Source: Alphaproteobacteria bacterium
Lineage (GTDB): Bacteria; Pseudomonadota; Alphaproteobacteria; UBA828
Assembly: GCA_965237415.1 (NCBI GenBank)
Contig: CBDEFM010000002.1
Span: 2,048,001 to 2,112,000 of the forward strand
Length of the DNA: 64,000 nucleotides
Reading direction: 5' to 3'
The position numbers were made by a program, and so were the translations under genes. Positions 38,519 to 47,944 of the stretch are shown in pieces (the first letter of the stretch is position 1; the number at the start of each line of letters is the position of its first letter). Under the pieces are notes generated by a model. The model searched no databases, was not told the DNA's origin, and saw only the letters and a list, made by a program, of their open reading frames with translations.

Positions 38519-39184
38519 TCACCCTCGCTTGCGGCAGATCGTGAGGCCGTCGCCCACCGGCAGCATGGCGATCGTCACCCGCTCGTCACCGTGGATCTTC
38601 CTGTTCAGGGCATCGACGACGGGGGTGTTCTCGCTCCAGCGTTTGCGCTCGGCGATCTGGCCCATGTGGAAGGTGTTGTCGATCAGAATCAGGCCGCCGG
38701 AGCGCACCAGCGCGAGGCAGTGCTCGTAGTAGATGTCGTAGCCCGACTTGTCGGCGTCGATGAAGGCGAAATCGTAGTGCCCGTCGAGGCCTTCTCTGCG
38801 GAGCGCCGCAAGGCTCTCCCTGGCGTCTCCCAGACGCAGTTCGATCCGCTCGGCGAGCCCCGCCTCCGCCCAGTAGCGCTGTGCGATCCCGGTATAGTCC
38901 GCGTCGATGTCGAGCGCCGTGAGCCTGCCGTCTGCGCCCATCGCCTGTGCCACCACGAGGGCGCTGTAGCCGGTGAAGACGCCGACCTCAAGCGCACGTC
39001 TGGCCCCGATCAGCTCCACCAGCAGCGCCATCAGCGCGCCTTGCTCGGGCGAAATCTGCATCAGCCCCATCTCGTGGCGCGCGGTCTCCTCGCGCAGGCG
39101 GCGCATGACCGCGCTCTCGCGCACGCCGTGAGCCTGAAGATAGTCGTGCAGCGCGTGTGTGAGCGCGGTCGGGCGGCTGGACAT
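38519..39184 (-). CDS. Class I SAM-dependent O-methyltransferase (caffeoyl-CoA OMT-like)
   Basis: MQISPEQG, LEVGVFTGYS, FIDADK, IDN, PVGDGLT. Confidence 0.92.
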   Translation of the reverse strand: MSSRPTALTHALHDYLQAHGVRESAVMRRLREETARHEMGLMQISPEQGALMALLVELIGARRALEVGVFTGYSALVVAQAMGADGRLTALDIDADYTGIAQRYWAEAGLAERIELRLGDARESLAALRREGLDGHYDFAFIDADKSGYDIYYEHCLALVRSGGLILIDNTFHMGQIAERKRWSENTPVVDALNRKIHGDERVTIAMLPVGDGLTICRKRG

Positions 39185-39265
39185 GACGTTCCCTGCGGGT
39201 CTTCTGCGGGCGAGGTAGGGGCGCCGGTCATAGCACGGGGCAGCGCCGCCGGCGATGGATCGAGG

Positions 39266-40264
39266 CTACCGCGCGGCGCGCCAGACGAGGCCCAGCACCT
39301 CGATCAAGTCGAGGGTGCGTGCGACGTAGTGATCGCGCACGGTGAAGCGGCTATCCCCCTGGCCTGTCAACTCGCGCTCGAGGCAGTCGATCAGGCGCCT
39401 GAGGCGGCGGTGGTGAAGGCCGAGCCGGCGCTGGATTGGATCGGAGACCACGCCGGAGAACGCGCCGATCACCGCGCCTGCCGCCAGGAGGCCGCCGGTG
39501 AGCCCGATGGAGAGCGCGGCCGGTGCCGCTGCCGGGAAGACGCCGTACCAGAGCGCCCCCGCCCCGCTGCCGAGGGGGAAGCCCGCGATCGCCGCATTCT
39601 GCACCAGCACCTGGGCTGTCGCCGGGCCGAGCGACATCATGCCGGGCGTAAACTTCTTGAAAGCGAACGCGCCGACACCGGCGCTCACCGCCGCATTGGT
39701 AAGGTCCGCAGCCGCGACCCGCGTCCCCTCATAGGCGCTCGCCGCACCGGCGAGCCAGGCGCGGAAGGCCTCCTGCTCTGCGGGCGAGCGCAGCTCGTCT
39801 CCGCTGCCCGCTGCGATGCGGGGGTCGCGCAGGATCTCCTCGGCCAGCGCATCGCGCTCCGACATGCGCTCGCCCTGTCGGATCGGGAGCTCCAGCAGCT
39901 CGGTGAAGAGGCGCCACTCGAGCTCCCGCGCGACGTCGGTCTGGAGGAAATAGCGCCGGCTGTCGAGCCAGTCTGCGGCCGGCGCGAATCCCGCGCGTCG
40001 CGCCAGACCGGCGCTCACCCGCGCTGCGAGATGTGGCGCTGACAGGGCAAGATTGGCCGGCGAGCGCACGAGGTCCCAGCCGAGCGCCCGGCGGTGGAGT
40101 CGGAGCGTGCCGGGCAGCGAGAACGTGCGGTCCACGAAGTCGTCGATCTTGGCCCGCCGCGCGTCGCAGTAGCGCGCCGCGGCCTCGTCCACGATCAGGC
40201 GCGCCGCCGCATCGCCTCCCTCGCCCTCGGGCGCGGCGGCAGCGTCGGCGGGGATATCGCTCAT
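39266..40264 (-). CDS. Conserved hypothetical membrane protein (DUF6635-like)
   Basis: Coding-like ORF with LHRRALGWDL..PAN and GVVSDPIQRRLGLH motifs; family assigned from memory. Confidence 0.65.
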   Translation of the reverse strand: MSDIPADAAAAPEGEGGDAAARLIVDEAAARYCDARRAKIDDFVDRTFSLPGTLRLHRRALGWDLVRSPANLALSAPHLAARVSAGLARRAGFAPAADWLDSRRYFLQTDVARELEWRLFTELLELPIRQGERMSERDALAEEILRDPRIAAGSGDELRSPAEQEAFRAWLAGAASAYEGTRVAAADLTNAAVSAGVGAFAFKKFTPGMMSLGPATAQVLVQNAAIAGFPLGSGAGALWYGVFPAAAPAALSIGLTGGLLAAGAVIGAFSGVVSDPIQRRLGLHHRRLRRLIDCLERELTGQGDSRFTVRDHYVARTLDLIEVLGLVWRAAR

Positions 40265-40269
40265 GGGAC

Positions 40270-41661
40270 CTATGTGGCGCCCACTCCCGCGTCGTCAAGG
40301 CAAGGCGCTCGGCGGAGGTGCCAGTCGGTCGCCTGCTGATAGGCGTGACCGACCCTGAACAGCAGCGGCTCCGCCCCCCAGGCGGCCTCCAGCATCATAC
40401 CGATGGGCAGACCGTCCGAGGAGAAGCCGCAAGGGACCGAAAGACCCGGTATCGATGCCAGCGCGCCGCTGTAGGTGAAGCGCGTCGCATCCTGGGTGGC
40501 GCGGTGAAGGCTGCGATCGTCGGCGATGGACGCCGCCGGCCGGGGCGTGGTCGGCGCGAGCAGGACATCCACGGTCTCGAAGACCTGCGCGAGCGCCCGC
40601 CGCCACGCCTCGCGCCCGCGCATGGCCTCGGCATAGTCCACCGCGCTGAACTCGCGGCCCATGATCATGCGCTCGTAGACCGCCTCGGAGAGCGCGCCGG
40701 GGCCGGCGTCGAGCCGCTCCTTGTGGTAGGCGCAGGCATCGGCGTAGGCCATGATCGTGGTCCAGCGCTGGGCGGTCTCGGCGCCCGGCAGCGTGACATC
40801 CACCAGATGGGCGCCGAGGGATTCGAGGGTGCCGGCGCCGGCCCGGACCGCGGCCTCGACCTCGGCGTCGACGCTCTCGAAGAAGAAGTTGCGCGCGAGC
40901 CCGATACGCACGCCCTCGATCCCGTCGTCCAGCCGGGGCAGGAAGTTGTCGAGGGGCAGATCGCGCGAGACCGGATCGAGCGGGTCGTAGGCGGCGAGCG
41001 CGGCGAAGAGGCGCGCGACATCCGCCACGGAGCGCGCCATCGGGCCGACGGTGTCGTGCGCGACGCTGACCGGTGTGATGCCGCGGATCGAGATGCGCCC
41101 ATGCGTGGGGCGCAAGCCCGCGATACCCGTCATCGAGGCCGGTATCCGCACCGAGCCGCCGGTATCGGTGCCAAGCGCGGCGTCGGCCATCTCGGCCGCG
41201 ACGGTGGCGCCGGAGCCGCCGCTGGAGCCCCCGGGAATGCGCTCCGGGTTCCACGGATTGCGGCACTGGCCGAACACCGGGTTGGTCGAGACCACACCCC
41301 AGGCGAGCTCCTGCATGTTGGCCTTGCCGATCAGTACCGCGCCCTGGGCCTTCAACCGCCCGACCACGGGAGCGTCGCGGTTGGGGATGTGGTCGGCGAG
41401 GTAGGCGGCGCCGCTGGTGGTGCGCACGCCTGCCGTCTCGATGTTGTCCTTGAGCGCGATGGGCATGCCGTGCAGGAGGCCGAGCCAGCGCCCCTCGGCG
41501 GCCGCCCGGTCGCAGGCATCGGCCTCTGCCCGCGCCCGCTCCGCCGTGGTCGTCGCCATGGCGTTGAGCACGGGATCGAGCTGCTCGATCCGCGCGAGGC
41601 AGCGCTCGACCGCCGCCCGTGCAGCGCCGGGCAGAGGCCGGTCGGGCACCCCTCCGCTCAT
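40270..41661 (-). CDS. Amidase signature family protein
   Basis: LKDNI, PGGSSGGS, GTDTGGSVRIP. Confidence 0.92.
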   Translation of the reverse strand: MSGGVPDRPLPGAARAAVERCLARIEQLDPVLNAMATTTAERARAEADACDRAAAEGRWLGLLHGMPIALKDNIETAGVRTTSGAAYLADHIPNRDAPVVGRLKAQGAVLIGKANMQELAWGVVSTNPVFGQCRNPWNPERIPGGSSGGSGATVAAEMADAALGTDTGGSVRIPASMTGIAGLRPTHGRISIRGITPVSVAHDTVGPMARSVADVARLFAALAAYDPLDPVSRDLPLDNFLPRLDDGIEGVRIGLARNFFFESVDAEVEAAVRAGAGTLESLGAHLVDVTLPGAETAQRWTTIMAYADACAYHKERLDAGPGALSEAVYERMIMGREFSAVDYAEAMRGREAWRRALAQVFETVDVLLAPTTPRPAASIADDRSLHRATQDATRFTYSGALASIPGLSVPCGFSSDGLPIGMMLEAAWGAEPLLFRVGHAYQQATDWHLRRAPCLDDAGVGAT

Positions 41662-41677
41662 GCCCTGGCGCGCCCTA

Positions 41678-41948
41678 CTAGCCCGCATTTCTCACCATGG
41701 TCATGGTCTGCGCGTCGCTGTCCGGCCGACAGAGCAGGAAAGGCGCGCAGCGCGATGCGGTGCATCGGGCAAGAGCCTTGACGCACTCTGTCGGCCGGAC
41801 AGCGACGCCCTTCGGGTCGCGCCCAGGCGCCCGCCCGCGGCGTCGCGGGCCTCAACCGTAGCTTCAGCTACGCTTTTCGGCCCGCTCCTGGCGGATCGAA
41901 CGCCTGGGCGCGACGCAGGCCGTGACCCTGGTGAGAAATACGGGCTAA
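41678..41948 (-). mobile_element. 271-bp MITE-like element, copy 2 (inverted)
   Basis: CTAGCCCGCATTTCTCACCATGGTCA ... TGACCCTGGTGAGAAATACGGGCTAA; interior colinear with 24094-24364. Confidence 0.85.
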
Positions 41949-42976
41949 TCGCCATAGATTGCGATGCTGCGGATGGCGTAGTCGCCGCCGCCATTGACCA
42001 GCGACACGCCGCCGAACGGATCCTCCAAGGCGCTGCTCTTCACCCGGATAAGCTCGGAGCCATCGACCGTCGCGGTCATCGTCCCGTCGCTCTCGCGCAC
42101 GAGAGCGACCGTGTGGCTTTGGCCGTCCTCGAGGGTCAGCGCGTCCTCGTACTCGCCGATCACCTCCGCGCTGCGCCGGCCGAAGCGCGAGAGCAGCAGT
42201 CCGGGATCGTCGCCGGGCAGGTAGGAGAGGCGATAGCCCGCGGCACCGGCTCTGCCCTGAAACAGGTCGATCTCGAATTGCGCGTCCTTGTGCACCATGC
42301 CCGACATGATCTCCAATTCTAGGGCGAAGGCGTTGGGAATTTCGGCCTCCAGGACGATTTCCGCAGGCTCAGGGCCGGCTGGCCCTGTGTCCTCCTTCGT
42401 CTCCTCGCCGCCGCCGCCCAGAAGGTCGCCGAGCTTCTTCCCGCCGCCCAGCAGGTCGCTGAGCTTCTTCTCGCCGCTCAACAGGTCGCCGACGGTGTCC
42501 TTGCCCTTGTCGAACAGCTCACCGGCGTCGTCGAGAAGCTCTTCCTTGGTACCCAGGATGGTATCGAGGGAGAGTCTCAATGTCTCCGTCTCGGCTCCGC
42601 TCAGCGGAATCGTCGTGCGCAGGCCGAGCCTGCGGTCGACCGAGAAGTCGCCGCTCACCACCTCCCAGCGCGGATCGTCCGTGTAGTCGCCGTCGGAAAA
42701 ATCATCGCGGATCAGGGCCTCGCGCGGCGCGGCATCGGCGACGTGGGCCGCGATCTTTTCGCGCAGGTCCTGGAGGAAGCGCGGATCTGCCGCTCGCGCG
42801 TTCTCGGCCTCGTCGATCAGCGCCTCGAGCTCCCGCGCGAGCGCCTCAAGCGCGGCGTCGCCCTCCGCCTCGGCGCCGTCCGAACGCCATTCGGAATAGC
42901 GCGACCCGTCGTCGGCGGCGGCCGGCGCGGCCAGTGCACCGGCGAGAAGGATGGGGACGAGGAGCCTCTGCAGCAT
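41945..42976 (-). CDS. Hypothetical secreted protein with internal 10-aa repeat
   Basis: Signal peptide MLQRLLVPILLAGALAAPAAA; DLLxGxKKL repeats; beta-rich C-terminal half. Confidence 0.7.
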   Translation of the reverse strand: MLQRLLVPILLAGALAAPAAADDGSRYSEWRSDGAEAEGDAALEALARELEALIDEAENARAADPRFLQDLREKIAAHVADAAPREALIRDDFSDGDYTDDPRWEVVSGDFSVDRRLGLRTTIPLSGAETETLRLSLDTILGTKEELLDDAGELFDKGKDTVGDLLSGEKKLSDLLGGGKKLGDLLGGGGEETKEDTGPAGPEPAEIVLEAEIPNAFALELEIMSGMVHKDAQFEIDLFQGRAGAAGYRLSYLPGDDPGLLLSRFGRRSAEVIGEYEDALTLEDGQSHTVALVRESDGTMTATVDGSELIRVKSSALEDPFGGVSLVNGGGDYAIRSIAIYGD

Positions 42977-43153
42977 GGCACGCCTCCAGTCTGGTTGCAT
43001 CGCCTCGATCGCCTGTGATCTAGGCGGAATTTTCGATATTGTCGAGCGGCGGCGATTCCACCCGCCCCAAAATGACGCAATTCATCGGTCATCGTGCTTT
43101 ATACGCTGCCATGGATGGCGTTATAGTTCGGGTGACAGCACGGGAGGCGTCAA

Positions 43154-44071
43154 ATGAAAATATTCAAGGGAACCAAGGTCTCTGCGACCGGGCTTCGCCT
43201 CGCAGCGGTCGTAGGGCTGGCGGCGCTGCTCGGCGCGTGCCACGGCATGGAACTCGAAGGCGTCCAGGGACTCGATCCCCAGGGCTCGGAATTCAACACG
43301 CAGCTTTATGCGGGCTATATCGAGTTGTCGTCGAACGAGCGCGCGGAATACGACTTCCGGGATTCCGACGTCTTCGCGATGAAGGCGGCCGTCGCGGCCA
43401 GGGGCGACGACGTGAGGCCAAGTGCCGTCGAAGATCGCCGGGTCGCGGCGGACAAGGTGGAGGAGCTCTCGAAGGCGAGAGCCAGACTCATGGCGATGCT
43501 GTATGGGGGCGGCAAGAACAAGGCGCCGGTCTCCGCCGCTCGCGCCCAGATCAGCTTCGATTGCTGGATGCAGGAGCAGGAGGAGGGCCATCAGCCAGGC
43601 GACATCGCGGATTGCCGCAACGCCTTCTACGGCTCGGTGGTCGCCGCCGAGGTGGCGATGCGGCCTGCGCCGCCGCCTGCGCCGGAGCCCGCGCCCGCGC
43701 CCGCGCCCGCGCCAGAACCGGAGCCCAGCTACGTGACCTACTACGTGGTGTTCTTCGAGTTCGACAGCTCGGAGCTCTCGAACGCCGCGAAGCAGACGCT
43801 GAACGAGGCTGCGGCAACAGCGCTGGAGATGAGGCCCTACAAAGTCCTCATCCGCGGTCATACCGACCGTGCCGGCCCGGATGCGTACAATCTCAAGCTT
43901 TCGGAGACGCGCGCGCTCTCGGTGGCGAGCTATCTCATCGAGAACGGTGCCGGCCGCTTCGTGATCCACGCGGAGGGCTTGGGCGAGTCGGAGCCGATCG
44001 CGAAGACCAGCGACAATGTGCGTGACGGCCGCAACCGGCGGTCCGAGATCTCGTTGATCGAAGCCGAATAG
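43154..44071 (+). CDS. OmpA-family lipoprotein
   Basis: Lipobox LLGAC, Pro/Ala linker, FEFDSS, GHTDRAG..YN..LS..RA, NRR. Confidence 0.9.
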   Translation: MKIFKGTKVSATGLRLAAVVGLAALLGACHGMELEGVQGLDPQGSEFNTQLYAGYIELSSNERAEYDFRDSDVFAMKAAVAARGDDVRPSAVEDRRVAADKVEELSKARARLMAMLYGGGKNKAPVSAARAQISFDCWMQEQEEGHQPGDIADCRNAFYGSVVAAEVAMRPAPPPAPEPAPAPAPAPEPEPSYVTYYVVFFEFDSSELSNAAKQTLNEAAATALEMRPYKVLIRGHTDRAGPDAYNLKLSETRALSVASYLIENGAGRFVIHAEGLGESEPIAKTSDNVRDGRNRRSEISLIEAE

Positions 44072-44086
44072 GGAGCGGCAGGCTCT

Positions 44087-45109
44087 CTATTCGTCGTAGT
44101 GGTAGGTGCGGGCGACCATTCGTTCGGAGTGGTCGCCCGCCTTTATCGGCTCGTAGCGCCAGGGGTTGCCCGGGCCGACGCAGCCTGGGACCGCCTCGAC
44201 CTCCACCTCGTAATCGACACCGAAGAACTGCACGAGCGAGTAGCGCTTGCTGCCTGAGGTGTTGATGACCCGGTGCATGGTCGAAACGAACGTGTCGTTG
44301 GTCCATTGCTGCATGAGATCGCCGAGATTGACGGCGAAGCTGCCCTCCACCGGCGGCAGGATGAGCCACTCGCCGTCCCGGCTCAGCATCTGCAGCCCTT
44401 CCCGGTCCTGCCAGACGGTGGTGAAGCACTCGTAGTCGGTGTGCGCGCCGAGCCCGATGTGAGCGATGTCGAGGGGCTCCGGCTGCGGCTCGTAGTAGCA
44501 GACGCGAAGCCGGGCCAGCGGCTTGGTGTACTTGGAGGTGAAATACCCCTCCTCAAGATCCAGCGCGTACTCGAAGGCGCGGAAGAGCTGGCGGCCGAGC
44601 TCCAGCTGGCAATCGAAATAGGTGCCGAGCGCCCAGCGGAAGTCGGCAGGCTCCGCCGGCCAGTTGTTGGGGCCGTAGAAGCGAATGCCACGCGCATGGT
44701 CGGGATCGTCCGCCGGCAGGTCATGCGCCATCTCGATGGCCTCCGAGATATCGCTGGAGCCTTCGAGGCTGTGGTCGGCCGTAATCCCGCCCGACGGCAC
44801 ATAGCCCCTGTGATTGGGCCAGTCGAGGTAATGGTTGCGCATCTTCTGCGCGACCGGGAGCGCGAAGAAGCGCTGCATGGCAGCCTGCGCGCGCGCGATC
44901 ACCGCCTGCGGGAACTGATGGTTGACGATGTAGAAGAAGCCGGGGCCCGCGCAGGCTGCGTGGACCGCCCGCGCCATGGTCTTGCGCTCGGCCAGGCTCG
45001 GCGAATAGAGCGCACCGAAGTCGACGATCGGCACCTCGGCGGCAGAGGCGCGCCGCACCGCCGGCGCGTGCATGCCCTCCCTGACTTGAAACGGTGTTCC
45101 TGTGACCAT
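44087..45109 (-). CDS. 2-oxoglutarate/Fe(II) dioxygenase, IPNS-like family
   Basis: GFFYIVNH, HTD...H facial triad, RYS motif. Confidence 0.9.
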   Translation of the reverse strand: MVTGTPFQVREGMHAPAVRRASAAEVPIVDFGALYSPSLAERKTMARAVHAACAGPGFFYIVNHQFPQAVIARAQAAMQRFFALPVAQKMRNHYLDWPNHRGYVPSGGITADHSLEGSSDISEAIEMAHDLPADDPDHARGIRFYGPNNWPAEPADFRWALGTYFDCQLELGRQLFRAFEYALDLEEGYFTSKYTKPLARLRVCYYEPQPEPLDIAHIGLGAHTDYECFTTVWQDREGLQMLSRDGEWLILPPVEGSFAVNLGDLMQQWTNDTFVSTMHRVINTSGSKRYSLVQFFGVDYEVEVEAVPGCVGPGNPWRYEPIKAGDHSERMVARTYHYDE

Positions 45110-45265
45110 CGCGGGTCCCCCGTCGCCCCTCATTGCTGGCATGATAGCGCGAACCGGCTCATCGTGACGGCGAGCCTATAGCGCAATTCGCCTGTCGATT
45201 CCCCATCTGCCGGCCGATCGCGCAGGCCGTCGGCTCACACCTCCATGCAGCATCGTAGGGAGACG

Positions 45266-46090
45266 ATGATGGAGACTTCTCTTCACGGCCGCCGCGCCCT
45301 TATTACCGGGGCGGCGAGCGGCATCGGCGCCGCCATCGCCGAGGCCTTCGCGCGCGAGGGCGCGCACGTGGCGGTCCATGCGCGCAGCGAAGAGCGCGCC
45401 CGGTCGACAGTCGATGCGATCGAGGCGGCGGGAGGCCGGGCCTTTGCCGCCGTCGCCGACCTCCGCGATCGCGCCGCCATCGCGCGGATGTGCGAGGCCG
45501 CCATCGAGCGGCTCGGCGGCCTCGACATCCTGGTCAGCAACGCCGGGGTCTTCATCCGCAAGCCGGTGGCCGAGATGGACCTCGCGAGCTGGGACGGCAT
45601 GGTCGAGACCAACCTCACCGCCCCCTATCTCGCGACTCAGGCCGCGCTGCCGGCACTCCGGGCGTCGGGCGTGGGCGCGTCCGTCATCTTCGTCTCCTCC
45701 ATCGCCGCCGGCGCCCATTCCGCCGGCTGGGGCACCTACGCGATGACCAAGAACGGGCTCAACGCCTTCATGCGCTGCCTCGCGGACGAAGTCGGCGGCG
45801 ACGGTGTCCGCGTCAATTCCATCAGCCCCGGCTGGGTCGAGACCAAGATGGCGCAGGACGCCCACCGCGGCCTCGCCGCCGATCTCGGCATCGGCTACGG
45901 AGACCACTACGCGGCAAACATGCGCGCCAACATGCTTGGCGTGCTGGTGACCACCGACTCCATTGCCGACATGGCGGTGTTCCTCGCGAGCGAGCGCGGC
46001 CGTCACATCACGGCCCAGGAGCTCGCGGTCTGCGGCGGCTGTCTCCCCGGCAGCAGCGCGAATCCGGCGGAGGCCGAGGCGGCCGAATAG
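45266..46090 (+). CDS. SDR family oxidoreductase
   Basis: TGAASGIG, SNAG, YAMTK, VNSISPG. Confidence 0.9.
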   Translation: MMETSLHGRRALITGAASGIGAAIAEAFAREGAHVAVHARSEERARSTVDAIEAAGGRAFAAVADLRDRAAIARMCEAAIERLGGLDILVSNAGVFIRKPVAEMDLASWDGMVETNLTAPYLATQAALPALRASGVGASVIFVSSIAAGAHSAGWGTYAMTKNGLNAFMRCLADEVGGDGVRVNSISPGWVETKMAQDAHRGLAADLGIGYGDHYAANMRANMLGVLVTTDSIADMAVFLASERGRHITAQELAVCGGCLPGSSANPAEAEAAE

Positions 46091-46236
46091 GCGCAGCCAG
46101 GGTGCCTCCGTGCGGGTACCGTGCGCATCTGTTGGACCGAAAAAGGTGCATCGGCTATGAGGGGCAGAGCGAAAGGGACACACACCCGCTCCGGACGTGA
46201 ACGCTCCAACGGTCCGGCACGGCAAGGGAGAAACAG

Positions 46237-46881
46237 ATGGAAATTATCGCTGATCCGATCACCGTGAACTGTCGCAAGGTCCTCGCGGGCCTCAAGCTGA
46301 TCGGGGCGGACTACACGCTAACCAAGGTCGACTACTTCAAGGGCGAGCAGAAGAGCCCGGAAGTCGTGGCAATCAATCCGAACGCCGCGATCCCGGTGCT
46401 CCGCGACGGCGATCTGGTCCTCTGGGAGTCGAACGCGATCCTGCAGTACGCCGCCGACCAGGCGGGCAATGCGAGCGCCTATCCCACCGACCTGAAGACC
46501 AGGGCCGACGTGAACCGCTGGCTCCTGTGGGAATGCGGCACCTGGTTCCCGACCTGCTACGTCCATTTGGTCGAGAACTGCGTCAAGCCGCTTCTGGGCG
46601 CCGAGACGGACCAGTCGGTGCTCGACGGTGAGGCGCCGAATTTCCACAAGCTGGCCGGCATCCTCGATGCGCGCCTGGGCGAGAGCGCCTTCCTCTGCGG
46701 CGACGATCCGACCATCGCCGACGTGGCGGTGGCGGCGCCGATGCACCTCCATGCCTGGGCCAAGTTGCCGCTGGAGAACCACGCCAACGTCGTGCGCTGG
46801 ATATCGGAGGGGATTGAGACGACGCCCTGGTGGAAAGCCACGCATGTCGGCGAGGGCTTCACGGCGTCCGAGGCAGCCTGA
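46237..46881 (+). CDS. Glutathione S-transferase family protein
   Basis: INPNAAIPVL, LWESNAILQY, PTIAD. Confidence 0.9.
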   Translation: MEIIADPITVNCRKVLAGLKLIGADYTLTKVDYFKGEQKSPEVVAINPNAAIPVLRDGDLVLWESNAILQYAADQAGNASAYPTDLKTRADVNRWLLWECGTWFPTCYVHLVENCVKPLLGAETDQSVLDGEAPNFHKLAGILDARLGESAFLCGDDPTIADVAVAAPMHLHAWAKLPLENHANVVRWISEGIETTPWWKATHVGEGFTASEAA

Positions 46882-47076
46882 GCCTGCTGATCGGCCATTC
46901 CGATCGGGAAGGAACCGTCGACCATTGGCGGCGTGCGCGCGGCCTCGAACGAATCCGTCGGTGACGGTCGGCCGGTAACGCTCCCGTAGCCCCCTATCGA
47001 GGCGGGGTCTGGGCCTGCCCATCCTCTCCGACGACACGGCCCTTCCGCACGGGGTACGAGCAAGACGGAGGCATGG

Positions 47077-47844
47077 GTGACCGACAGAGACCTTTCGGGG
47101 CGGGTCGCTCTGGTGACCGGCGGCTCGCGGGGTATCGGCCGCGCGATCTGCCGGCGGCTCGCGAAGGCGGGCGCATGGGTGGCCATCAACCACTCGTCGA
47201 GCGACGCGGCCGCGGCGGAAACGTTGGCCGAGATCGGGGCCGATGGCGGTGAGGGCGGCGTCTACAGGGCCGATGTCTCGTCGTTCGAGGCCACCGATGC
47301 GATGTTCCGAAACATCGAGACCGACCGGGGCCCCGTCGATCTCCTGGTCACCAACGCCGGAATCGCCTCGTTTCGCGACGACGTCGACATGCCCGTCGAC
47401 CTCTGGCGGCGCATCCTGTCGGTGAACCTGGACGGCACGTTTCACTGCGTGTGGCGCGCCAAGGCGGGCATGCTGGCCCAGGGCGACGGGCGGATCGTCT
47501 GCATCTCCTCGATCAACGGTCTGGCGCCGAGCACGATGCGACCGGACAGGCTGATCGCCTACGGCACGTCGAAATCCGCCATCATCGGGTTCTCGCGCAA
47601 CTGCGCTACCGCGTTCGGTCCCGCGATCCGCGTCAACTGCGTCGCGCCGGGTCTGATCGACACGGATATGACAAGCGGAATGAGCGACGAAATGCGCGAG
47701 CGCATCATCGCGAGCACACCCGCAGGCCGGGCGGGTACGCCGGATGACATCGCCGAACTCACCTACTTCCTGCTCAGCGACGCGGCAGGCTTCATCACGG
47801 GCCAGACCTACGTTGCGTCCGGCGGCCTCGTCACACTGCCCTGA
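47077..47844 (+). CDS. SDR family oxidoreductase (FabG-like)
   Basis: TGGSRGIG, TNAG, YGTSK, VNCVAPG. Confidence 0.9.
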   Translation: MTDRDLSGRVALVTGGSRGIGRAICRRLAKAGAWVAINHSSSDAAAAETLAEIGADGGEGGVYRADVSSFEATDAMFRNIETDRGPVDLLVTNAGIASFRDDVDMPVDLWRRILSVNLDGTFHCVWRAKAGMLAQGDGRIVCISSINGLAPSTMRPDRLIAYGTSKSAIIGFSRNCATAFGPAIRVNCVAPGLIDTDMTSGMSDEMRERIIASTPAGRAGTPDDIAELTYFLLSDAAGFITGQTYVASGGLVTLP

Positions 47845-47944
47845 CGCGCTTGGGAGACTTCGAAGACAAGCAATTTGGCGCCCGTCTCGACGCGTTCTCC
47901 CTCTCCTCGCCTGAAGGGAGGAGAGGGCCGGGGAGAGGAGGAGG

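Noticed and set aside
43660-43727. GCGCCC-type repeats in the OmpA gene
   Set aside because: Ordinary Pro/Ala linker coding sequence
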